DNA of 40,339 bases from Chthonomonas calidirosea (GTDB taxonomy: Bacteria > Armatimonadota > Fimbriimonadia > Fimbriimonadales > Fimbriimonadaceae), in contig CAMAPH010000026.1 in the NCBI GenBank assembly GCA_945859975.1, forward strand, positions 1 to 40,339, written 5' to 3'. The notes beneath the pieces are model-generated. The model made no database searches. It saw nothing but the letters and a program-made list of their open reading frames with translations, and was not told the DNA's origin. Shown piece after piece: positions 18,888 through 26,962 of this stretch. The position numbers and the translations under genes are program-made. Position 1 is the first letter of the stretch. Each line of letters begins with the position of its first letter.

Positions 18888-19318
18888 TGCGCTGGCGAGA
18901 CGCGTACGAGCCGATAGTTGTCCACGATATTCCCCGTCCTGCCTTGATTCCGGACGACATTTCGCGTAGCGCCTGGCTCGGCGGATTTGACCTTCGATGC
19001 ATTTCTGAGCTCGGGGTGTGGCTTCGGCTCTTTGAGGATGCTGGCTATCACCCCAACATTCGTTTCTTCTTGGATTCTTCTCAACCGCTGGACACCGTTC
19101 TCCCACCTTCGGTTTTCGCGCGGACCACGGTTTCGGAGCCAGTCGCCGATTGGCGAAACTTGATTCAGCCGGACCGGCCCGAGCGCAGCTTTGCCGTTCT
19201 CGGAAACGGCACGACCATTGAAATGCTCGTGGTCGGGCCGCCGACCGAAGACGTGTGGGAAGAGTTTGAGAATCGCCTTAAGCGATTACGATCCGTCGCG
19301 GACTTGTCGAACGGTTGA
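18887..19318 (+). CDS. Hypothetical protein
   Basis: GTG overlaps the TlpA stop; fills the gap to the convergent gene. No recognised family. Confidence 0.6.
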   Translation: MRWRDAYEPIVVHDIPRPALIPDDISRSAWLGGFDLRCISELGVWLRLFEDAGYHPNIRFFLDSSQPLDTVLPPSVFARTTVSEPVADWRNLIQPDRPERSFAVLGNGTTIEMLVVGPPTEDVWEEFENRLKRLRSVADLSNG

Positions 19319-20095
19319 CCAGGGCACGGTTTTCCAACCGGCAACGGTGTTGTTTGGCCACGGGCGGAACGGCACGTACGAAACGAAATCGTTGTCAACC
19401 GTGAGCCCCCAGGTGATGCCTCGAATGATCGTTCCGAGGTTACGAGTTTCTTGATACCGGATGTCAATCAGGGCCTGAGTGTTCGGATTGAATCGGAACT
19501 GGAGCTCGCGAGACTTAGGCACGCCGAGCGAAAAGCTCAGCATGTATTCGTTCGAGAGTCGTTCGTTGCCAGGGAGCCATCCGCTGTAGGTCGCGGCATC
19601 TCCGCCTTGAATGTCTTGCATCATCCGCGCGCCGAAGGAAACGTGTCCGAGCGGGGTGGAGTTGACCAGGTCTAGGACATTGGCAACGTATTTTTGTGGC
19701 TGATTTCCGGAGATTGATCCGTATTGCTTGGCGGAAATTTCGCGACTCAAGGGGTCAAATCGGTAGATGTTGACGCCGTCTCCGTAAATTCGGTTTACGA
19801 CGCGGAAGGAACCGTTTGGCTGCTGAGCTTGCTCGAGTACTTCTACTTTGACGATGGTGCGACCGTCGACAACAACTTTCTGCCAGTAGATGTCGGCGGT
19901 GAATGCACTGATTTCCGGCCCCCGGTTCATCTGGCCAGACATGCGAAGGTGCAGTTGAGGATAGTCTCGGAAGCCCTGGAAAGCCGACTTAACGGTGTCT
20001 TCATTCACGATCACGATTTGATCTTGCGAATGAGCGAGCGACGGAACGCTACAGAGGATTAGCCCGAAGGCAAGCAGTGGCGTTCTCATGTTCAT
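19286..20095 (-). CDS. Hypothetical exported protein (beta-rich, possibly LolA-like)
   Basis: AAGGAG SD before ATG 20095/20089. Signal peptide MRTPLLAFGLILCSVPSLAHS; 'IYGDGVNIYRFDP' motif. Confidence 0.7.
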   Translation of the reverse strand: MNMRTPLLAFGLILCSVPSLAHSQDQIVIVNEDTVKSAFQGFRDYPQLHLRMSGQMNRGPEISAFTADIYWQKVVVDGRTIVKVEVLEQAQQPNGSFRVVNRIYGDGVNIYRFDPLSREISAKQYGSISGNQPQKYVANVLDLVNSTPLGHVSFGARMMQDIQGGDAATYSGWLPGNERLSNEYMLSFSLGVPKSRELQFRFNPNTQALIDIRYQETRNLGTIIRGITWGLTVDNDFVSYVPFRPWPNNTVAGWKTVPWSTVRQVRDGS

Positions 20096-20197
20096 TGGAC
20101 TCCTTAGTGTGGTATGCATGTTCCGCTTGACTTCGTCACACAGATACGTGTCCACCTAAAGGCCCCCCTCCTGAGTTACCATAATACACGGTTTAAG

Positions 20198-21520
20198 ATG
20201 AAATTCCAAACCGTTGCACTTTGTGTTTGTTTGTCGGCAGTTTCTGCGGCGCAATTGCGCGTTGGAACTTGGAACGTTACCAACTATTCAAGCGGGCGGG
20301 TGTCTGCGTTCCAGACGTCGATTTATGGCGAGTTTCAGGGGCGAAAGTTCGCACCAGACGTTTTCATCGGTCAAGAATTTCTCTCGCAGGCCGGTGTGAC
20401 CGCGTTCCTCTCGATTCTAAACACCGCGCCGAACAGCCCTGGCGACTGGGCAGCGGCAACTTTTATCGACGGTCCAGATACGGACAGTGCTTTCTTTTAT
20501 CGAACCTCGAAGGTCACTTTCCTGGGGCAAGTCATCGCGGCGGCTGGGTCGTCTGGCACCAGTGGTCAACCGCGCAACACGATGCGCTACGACTTTCGGC
20601 TTAAGGGATACAGCAGCGAGCGGGCGACGATCTCGGCTTACAGCGTTCACTTAAAATCTGGAACCGGGTCCACCGATCTTAGTCGGCGGCTACTTGAAGT
20701 CAACAACATCATTTCTAATGCCGGTGGACTACCGCCGGAGAGATCACGAATGGTTGCGGGTGATCTCAACATCCAGAATGCGTCGCAGTCGGCTTATCAA
20801 ACATTGACTCGCTCCGTGAACAGCTTTGGTCCGTTCATTGACCCGATTGCGTCCCCCGGGAGTTGGGACAATAACAATGCGTTCCGCTTTATCCACACGC
20901 AAGATCCGGTAGGGCAGATGGACAGCCGGTACGACCAGATTCTGCTTTCGCCCGACCTGGTGGACGGCGTGGGAATGGACTACATCGGCGTCCAGAACCT
21001 CGTTTACAGCACGACCACGTGGAATGACCCGAACCACTCGTACCGATGCTGGGGCAACGATGGGTCGAGCTACAACGTGCCGATGACAATCACTGGTAAC
21101 TCGATGGTTGGAAGCGTGATCGCTCAAGCGCTCGTGGATGCCACGCCGGCAAACGGCCACCTTCCAGTTTTTCTCGACATCAAGGCTCCCGCGAAGATGC
21201 GTCTCTCCGAGACCAGCATCGACTTTGGAAAGATGGTGGTTGGCGAGACAGTTTCGGTCCCGCTGGATGTTTACGACGACGGCGATCGCGTACTGTGGGG
21301 CCCGAACGGGATTGCGGCGCTAACCCACAACGTGACGGTGCCTTCCGGAGTCGTACGGGATGGCGGACGCCGAATTCTATTCGCTCGGGGCAAGCCGATT
21401 CGGTATCAGATTTCTTACACGGCGACGAGTGCCGGAACAAAGTCCGGGACGGTTACCGTTACCAGTAATGACCCGGACCAACTCACGGTCAGCTTGCCGT
21501 ACACCGCTTCGGTTCGCTAA
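20198..21520 (+). CDS. Secreted endonuclease/exonuclease/phosphatase (DNase I-like) protein with C-terminal Ig-like domain
   Basis: Signal peptide from ATG 20198. EEP motifs GTWNV, GQE, HLKS, GDLN, DQIL and HLPV. C-terminal 'IDFG...VTSNDPD' Ig-like domain. Confidence 0.85.
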   Translation: MKFQTVALCVCLSAVSAAQLRVGTWNVTNYSSGRVSAFQTSIYGEFQGRKFAPDVFIGQEFLSQAGVTAFLSILNTAPNSPGDWAAATFIDGPDTDSAFFYRTSKVTFLGQVIAAAGSSGTSGQPRNTMRYDFRLKGYSSERATISAYSVHLKSGTGSTDLSRRLLEVNNIISNAGGLPPERSRMVAGDLNIQNASQSAYQTLTRSVNSFGPFIDPIASPGSWDNNNAFRFIHTQDPVGQMDSRYDQILLSPDLVDGVGMDYIGVQNLVYSTTTWNDPNHSYRCWGNDGSSYNVPMTITGNSMVGSVIAQALVDATPANGHLPVFLDIKAPAKMRLSETSIDFGKMVVGETVSVPLDVYDDGDRVLWGPNGIAALTHNVTVPSGVVRDGGRRILFARGKPIRYQISYTATSAGTKSGTVTVTSNDPDQLTVSLPYTASVR

Positions 21521-23631
21521 GCGAGGCCCATCATTTTGGCCAGGAGGGCCTTCTGGGCGTGGAAGCGGTTTTCGGCTTGGGGGACGACTCGGCTTTGGTG
21601 GCCGTCGATGACACCGTCGGTCACCTCGTAGCCTCGGCGGGCGGGTAGGCAGTGCAGGAAGATCGCTTCTGAGTTCGCCATTTCCATAACGTCCTCGTTG
21701 ACCTGATAGGCCGCGAAGACCTTCATGCGGTGCTCCTGCTCGTGCTCGTCGCCCATTGAGATCCAAACGTCGGTGTAGATGACGCTGGCGTCCTTCACGC
21801 CTTCCTCGATGTTGGCGGTTTGAGTGAGGCCTTCCATCGGCTCAAGTTGGAAGTTTGCGGGGCCGGCGACGGTGAATGGGTATCCGAGTCGGGTGGCCAG
21901 CTTGGCAAGCGACCGGGCGACGTTGTTCCCGTCTCCGACATAGGTGATCTTCACTCGCTCGTCACCGAAGCTCTCACGCACTGTCTGCATGTCAGCTAGC
22001 GCTTGGCAAGGGTGCTCCCACTCGGTGAGAGCGTTGACGACCGGAACGTCCGAAACATCCGATAGCTCGACCAACTGGCGGTGCCAGTAGAGCCGCGCGA
22101 TGATGAGCGAGCACCACTGCGAGAGGTTGCTCGCGACGTCCTTGACCGACTCGCGAGATCCCATGCCAATGTCGTTTCGGCTGAGATAGACGGGGTGCCC
22201 GCCAAGCTCGGAAACTGCGCTCTCGAAACTGACGCGGGTTCGCAAGCTGGGCTTTTCGAAGACCATGGCGACGGTTCGATTCTCGACGCGCTGAATCGGG
22301 GCCGGAGCCACTTTGCGGCGGTACTTCTGGGCAGCGGCGAGGGACAGGACCTCTTCCAGCTGATCGTTGGTCAGGTCGTCGATAGAGAGGACATCGTGGA
22401 ACGCTGGCTTGGATTCGGTTCGAACTGCGAGCGGCGTAAGGACGGGGCGCGCGGTTTCCATCGCGTCGGCGATGATGTCCAGCGCACGGCGCGCTTCCTC
22501 GTCGGTGAGGATGAGCGGCGGAACGAGGCGGAGGGTACTGAGGTCGGTGGCGTTGATGATCAGGCCGTTCTCAAAGCACTTGGCGACGATCTCCTTGGCA
22601 ACGGGCGTGCGGAGCTTGGCGCCGAGCATGAGTCCGAGGCCCTCGACCTTTGTGACGCCGTCGAGCTGTTTAAGGCCCGAAGCGAGTTGATTCCCAATCC
22701 GTTCCGTGTGCTCAAGCAAGCCCTGATGCTCGATCGTGTCGATGACGGCAAGCGAGGTCGCGCAAGCCAGCGGGTTTCCGCCAAAGGTGCTGCCGTGGTC
22801 GCCAGGAACAAGCATCGTCGCGGCGAGTCCGCGAGCCAACGCGGCACCGATCGGGATACCGCCGCCGAGGCCCTTTGCGAGAACGAGGATGTCCGGAACG
22901 ACTTCGGTGTGCTGAAACGCGAACCAGCGGCCCGTGCGGCCCATTCCGCACTGGACTTCGTCCAGGATCAAAAACGCGTTGTGCTCGTCGCAGAGGCGTC
23001 GAGCCTCGGCGAGGAACTCCGACGAGAGCGCGTGGACTCCACCTTCGCCCATGACGGTTTCTAAGATGACGGCGGCGGTGCTGTCCGAGAATGCGGCTCG
23101 CAACGCTTCGATATCATCGGGCTCGATGTGGCGGAAACCGGGAACGAGCGGGAGAAACGGCTCGTGGTAGCGCGAGTTTCCGGTTGCCGAAAGAGCACCC
23201 ATGGTTCGGCCGTGGAAACTGCGGTTCAGCGCGATGATTTCGTAGCTCTCGTCGCCGGTCTTTCGGCGACCGTGCTTCTTGGCAATCTTGAGGGCGGCTT
23301 CGTTGGCGGTCGCGCCGCAAACGCCGAAGAAGACCTTCTCCATGCCGCTGATTTGGCAGAGCTTTTGGGCGAGCTGAGCCTGAGGGGCAGTGAGCAGGTA
23401 GTTGCTGCCGTGGATGAGCTGCTGCGACTGTCGAGCAAGCGCGGCGGTGATGGCAGGGTGGCAGTGACCAAGGGCGCAAACCGCGATTCCCGAGAGGAGG
23501 TCGAGATATTCCTTACCTCGGTTATCCCACAGCTTGGCTCCGGCACCTTGGACAAATAGGGCCGGGAGGCGTTGGTAGGTTCCCATCACATGGGAATCGT
23601 CGAGAGATTTGATGACGTCGTACTTGAGCAT
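21517..23631 (-). CDS. argD-argF: Fused acetylornithine aminotransferase (aa ~1-391) and ornithine carbamoyltransferase (aa ~411-704)
   Basis: Class III aminotransferase motifs GIAVCALGH, SFHGRT, DEVQCGMGRTG, LAKGLGGG and HGSTFGGNPLA. OTC motifs FEKPSLRTR, HPCQALAD, GDGNNV, DVWISMG, HCLP and QAENR. One uninterrupted ORF. Confidence 0.93.
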   Translation of the reverse strand: MLKYDVIKSLDDSHVMGTYQRLPALFVQGAGAKLWDNRGKEYLDLLSGIAVCALGHCHPAITAALARQSQQLIHGSNYLLTAPQAQLAQKLCQISGMEKVFFGVCGATANEAALKIAKKHGRRKTGDESYEIIALNRSFHGRTMGALSATGNSRYHEPFLPLVPGFRHIEPDDIEALRAAFSDSTAAVILETVMGEGGVHALSSEFLAEARRLCDEHNAFLILDEVQCGMGRTGRWFAFQHTEVVPDILVLAKGLGGGIPIGAALARGLAATMLVPGDHGSTFGGNPLACATSLAVIDTIEHQGLLEHTERIGNQLASGLKQLDGVTKVEGLGLMLGAKLRTPVAKEIVAKCFENGLIINATDLSTLRLVPPLILTDEEARRALDIIADAMETARPVLTPLAVRTESKPAFHDVLSIDDLTNDQLEEVLSLAAAQKYRRKVAPAPIQRVENRTVAMVFEKPSLRTRVSFESAVSELGGHPVYLSRNDIGMGSRESVKDVASNLSQWCSLIIARLYWHRQLVELSDVSDVPVVNALTEWEHPCQALADMQTVRESFGDERVKITYVGDGNNVARSLAKLATRLGYPFTVAGPANFQLEPMEGLTQTANIEEGVKDASVIYTDVWISMGDEHEQEHRMKVFAAYQVNEDVMEMANSEAIFLHCLPARRGYEVTDGVIDGHQSRVVPQAENRFHAQKALLAKMMGLA

Positions 23632-23856
23632 TCAGATTCTCGATGGACCGGGCTTGGAGAAATGAAAGGACAAGGAAATTTCGGGGAGGCAGGAAGGTTC
23701 AGAAGGCAAGCCCAGCTCCCCTAGCTCCGACGAGACATCCGAAAACGGCGGCCGTTTTCGCTCGGAATTAGGTTTGTAGGGATGTGCTGCCCGCCCATCG
23801 AAACCGTAAGTTACCCAGAAAAACCGGGACATATGGCAGAGAAATTTAACTCACCG

Positions 23857-23885
23857 TTGCGGATATCGGAATTCTTGTCTATAAT
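23857..23885 (+). promoter_or_regulatory. Sigma70-type promoter of the small lipoprotein gene
   Basis: TTGCGG (23857-62), 17 nt spacer, TATAAT (23880-85). Confidence 0.75.
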
Positions 23886-23964
23886 CTCGGTGCAATCCAG
23901 TCTGGTTAGGTTCGAATGTTCGCAAACGAAGTCCTAGGCTGAATCAAGCAAGAGGAGATTAGTT

Positions 23965-24105
23965 ATGACCAAGAAGATTTTCGCATTCGCATTCGCATTC
24001 GCCGTTATCGGTGGCATTCTCGCTGGCTGCAGCCAGCCAGCAGCTGAGGGCGAAACCAAGCCAGCAGAAACCAAGACGCCAGCCGAAAAGCCAGAAGGCG
24101 AATAA
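23965..24105 (+). CDS. 46-aa small lipoprotein (not in the ORF track)
   Basis: MTKKIFAFAFAFAVIGGILAGCSQPAAEGETKPAETKTPAEKPEGE*. GAGGAG SD, LAGC lipobox, upstream promoter and downstream terminator. Confidence 0.85.
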   Translation: MTKKIFAFAFAFAVIGGILAGCSQPAAEGETKPAETKTPAEKPEGE

Positions 24106-24125
24106 GCCTTTCGGTTCAACGACCG

Positions 24126-24158
24126 GGTCACCAGAGCTCGCTCTGGTGACCTATTTTT
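24126..24158 (+). terminator. Rho-independent terminator
   Basis: GGTCACCAGAG-ctcg-CTCTGGTGACC 11-bp stem followed by TATTTTT. Confidence 0.85.
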
Positions 24159-24738
24159 GTTTGTCTTGTCCTGATTTTGAATTCGGCAGAATGGCACCGG
24201 CCGTTTTGAGCCGACCCCAGATTTCGTTCATCGTGTTCTCGGCGGCCTTGTAATTACTTTGGCCCTCTTCGATCTCGGCCATTAATGACTGGACCTGGTC
24301 ATCCGTTTTCTCCAGGATTTGGCGAACTTGAGCGCTCGATTTTTTTAAGTTTTCCGGCCAAGACTTTGCTTCTTTCAGTCGGCGGTCCAATTGTTGCTTC
24401 GCCTCGTCCACTTGGATGGCCGCATCCAGCTTCGCGATGTGCTCCTCAACGTATGCCAGTCGCAAGTTGTCCATCGACTTGGGCTTTCGCGTGTTTGCAA
24501 TTTGGGCCTGCAAGTCAACAAGCTCGTCTCGCGCTACGATTTTTGCCTGGAGCGAGCTCGCAGCGGACAGCCGCAAGGCCTCTTCGTTCGCATTGAGCCA
24601 CGCCGCCCGGAGAAGGGCTTCTGTGCGATCAAGCTCGCGCTGCCCGGTGATCCGATTTTGGAGCTGGCAACCGGTGAGGGCCAAGATGCCAGCCAGCAGA
24701 AATCCGCTGAGCGCTTTATTCGCCTTGATAGTCACCAT
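24151..24738 (-). CDS. Hypothetical coiled-coil lipoprotein
   Basis: From ATG 24738: basic N-region, hydrophobic core, LTGC lipobox and a helical heptad-rich body. Confidence 0.7.
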   Translation of the reverse strand: MVTIKANKALSGFLLAGILALTGCQLQNRITGQRELDRTEALLRAAWLNANEEALRLSAASSLQAKIVARDELVDLQAQIANTRKPKSMDNLRLAYVEEHIAKLDAAIQVDEAKQQLDRRLKEAKSWPENLKKSSAQVRQILEKTDDQVQSLMAEIEEGQSNYKAAENTMNEIWGRLKTAGAILPNSKSGQDKQK

Positions 24739-25645
24739 GCAATATTTGGCTCTCAACCGAACCAGTGGAATTGACCGTGCCGCCAATGAGCGAGTGCCGG
24801 ATGACGCCGCTCACTGAGACTTTTGCCCCAGGAAGAATGACGGAATCCTCAATTTTTTCGCAGGTCAATTCTGCACCCTCACCGATAACTACGCCAGACC
24901 CAATTTCGCCGTTCACCGTTCCCGCGATGAGGTTTTCACCCTTGGCGAGGTAGGCAGTGGTTTCGAGATAGGAATCCAAGGTTCCGGTATCGAACCAAGC
25001 ATCATCGAACTCGCCCGCGAGAACCATGTGTCCTCGGTCGATCAACATCTGAATCGCATCGGTGATTTCGTACTCGCCTCGCCCGCTTGGCTGCAGGTCG
25101 GGCAACACCGACCAAAGCTCAGGACCGAAGAAGTAAAGCCCGGCCATAGCCAGATTGGACTCGGGATTCTTAGGCTTCTCAACGAGCTTGACAATTCGAT
25201 CGCCTTCGACATTGGCAACGCCAAATCGGGATGGGTCCGGCACGGGCTTTACGATGTTGAGGTTTGCCGCCCCGGATTCTTCAAACTTCTTCTTGTGTTC
25301 CGCGAAGCCGGAGCCGTAGATGGCGTCGCCAAGGTACAGCGCAAAAGTGTCGTCGCCGACGAACTCCTTTGCAAACCCGACCGCATGAGCAAGGCCCTTG
25401 GGTTCGGTTTGGCGTACATACGAAAGGTTCACACCGTAATCGGAACCATCGCCGAGGGCAGCCCGCATTTTCGGTTCATTCTCGCCAACGACGACGCAGA
25501 TGTCCTTGATGCCCATTTCGGTCAACCGATCCAGAGCGTAGTGCAGGGTGATCCGGTTTGCCATCGGCAGCAGCGGCTTGGGCACGATGTGCGTGGCGGG
25601 ATACAAACGACTTCCTTTTCCGGCAGCAAGAATTACACCTTTCAT
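24716..25645 (-). CDS. Glucose-1-phosphate thymidylyltransferase-like sugar nucleotidyltransferase (long form)
   Basis: MKGVILAAGKGSRLYP...PKPLLP, Q.EPKGLAHA, YLGD, LVEKP, PSGRGEYEITD, WFDTGT, short hexapeptide tail. Confidence 0.92.
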   Translation of the reverse strand: MKGVILAAGKGSRLYPATHIVPKPLLPMANRITLHYALDRLTEMGIKDICVVVGENEPKMRAALGDGSDYGVNLSYVRQTEPKGLAHAVGFAKEFVGDDTFALYLGDAIYGSGFAEHKKKFEESGAANLNIVKPVPDPSRFGVANVEGDRIVKLVEKPKNPESNLAMAGLYFFGPELWSVLPDLQPSGRGEYEITDAIQMLIDRGHMVLAGEFDDAWFDTGTLDSYLETTAYLAKGENLIAGTVNGEIGSGVVIGEGAELTCEKIEDSVILPGAKVSVSGVIRHSLIGGTVNSTGSVESQILHGDYQGE

Positions 25646-25738
25646 TCCATAGGTCTCCAGACGAAACTTCGGCTAGTCTAACCCCCCAACCGCTCGGAAG
25701 GGAACGTTCGGGCGGCTGGCGTACGGTAGATTCTCGAA

Positions 25739-26962
25739 ATGCGACGCGCATTGCCATGGATGGTAGGGCTGGCGACTCTTGGAATTGGGACCGGATGCCA
25801 GTTCGGGGCGAAAGCGACGATGCCAACGTTTCCGGCACCCGAGACGCTGAGACAGCCGGTTTCGGGAACGCAAGATGCGTTTGATCGGTACGGTTTAGCA
25901 GCCCTTGAGGTCCAGCGGTCGCTCCCGAATTTGATCACGTCAACCAAGTTTTACGAGACCCAACGCGCCACGGCAACGACCAAAGGGGCGAAAGCGATTG
26001 CCATGGTTCGTAGTGGTACGAAGCTGAAATGCACTTGGGATTACAGTGCTCAGGGCTCGGTCGGCAGTCCGGAGATGGTTTCGCGCCGAGCGTCCTGGCG
26101 GCTACTTGGCCATATCTTTACGTGGCAGATTGCAGATGCCATCGCGGCCGGAAAGCTTGACGAGGCACAGGCCCTCAGCATCGATGGAATGAAATTTGCC
26201 TTCGACCTTATGGGCGGAGACGCGATTGATCTCGATTTGGGTTCTACGATTGCGGACGAGATTCGCGTTGCCAGCATGCCGTTGCTCAACCGGCTGACCG
26301 TTTCTCAGCTTTGGAAATACGTTGGGGGACTGAAAGCAGTACTTGCCCGCTCGCCGAGTTTGAAACCGACGATTGAAAACGAAGGCAAGAACCAGTCCGT
26401 TTCGCTTGGATTGCTAGCGAGCCAAGTGCAGAAAGACGACTGGGCAACGATTGAGAAAACCTTCTTGCCCGATGGCGATACGATTGCCAAGTACCTGAAA
26501 TCGAACAAGGGCGGAAACAAGAACGCGGCTTTCTTTGCCGGATTAGAAGCGGAACGGCAAGAGCGCGTCAAGCAAGCGCTGGAACATTCCGAGAAGGGCG
26601 CAAGCAAGCGGAAGCCGAAAGAGTTTGACGACAAGCGCGTGTGGCGAAAGGTTGCGGCGCACTATCTGGGCACGTGGACCCCGATGTTCAGCAAATATGA
26701 CCGGACGGTTGCGCGTACTCGCTTGCTGATCATCGCAACGATGCTTGAACGAGCACGATTGCTCGACCAGAACGCGCCGGTTTCGATCACAAAGTTCAGC
26801 GAGGCCGTTCGAACTGACCCGTTCAGCGGAACCGACTTCGGATTTTTGCCCGACGGACGATTTACGCGGGTGTACAGCGTGGGAGCGGACGGGCAGGATA
26901 ACGGGGGCGAGACCGACCAGTCGGGCCTCGCCCCAGATTTAGTGCTCGAACCGATCCCTTAG
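25739..26962 (+). CDS. Hypothetical lipoprotein with GspG-like C-terminal motif
   Basis: Signal peptide ending GTGC. Helical body. C-terminal DPFSG...VYSVGADGQDNGG. Confidence 0.75.
   Translation: MRRALPWMVGLATLGIGTGCQFGAKATMPTFPAPETLRQPVSGTQDAFDRYGLAALEVQRSLPNLITSTKFYETQRATATTKGAKAIAMVRSGTKLKCTWDYSAQGSVGSPEMVSRRASWRLLGHIFTWQIADAIAAGKLDEAQALSIDGMKFAFDLMGGDAIDLDLGSTIADEIRVASMPLLNRLTVSQLWKYVGGLKAVLARSPSLKPTIENEGKNQSVSLGLLASQVQKDDWATIEKTFLPDGDTIAKYLKSNKGGNKNAAFFAGLEAERQERVKQALEHSEKGASKRKPKEFDDKRVWRKVAAHYLGTWTPMFSKYDRTVARTRLLIIATMLERARLLDQNAPVSITKFSEAVRTDPFSGTDFGFLPDGRFTRVYSVGADGQDNGGETDQSGLAPDLVLEPIP

Noticed and set aside
21517..22400. C-terminal domain as N-acetyl- or succinyl-ornithine transcarbamylase because of SLRT
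   Set aside because: The DxxxSMG ornithine-binding loop and HCLP are canonical for OTC, and argJ is present. Kept only as a testable alternative.
15753..23631. Missing argB/argG/argH as an incomplete pathway
   Set aside because: Only 40 kb is visible and arg genes are often dispersed, so absence cannot be judged.
23632..23964. tRNA, known riboswitch or CRISPR array in the largest intergenic region
   Set aside because: No cloverleaf or T-loop consensus, no repeat-spacer periodicity, and no match to riboswitch consensus sequences I can recognise by eye.
23979..24003. TTCGCA tandem repeat as a phase-variation tract
   Set aside because: The unit is 6 nt, so slippage keeps the frame. It only encodes FAFAFAFA in a signal peptide.
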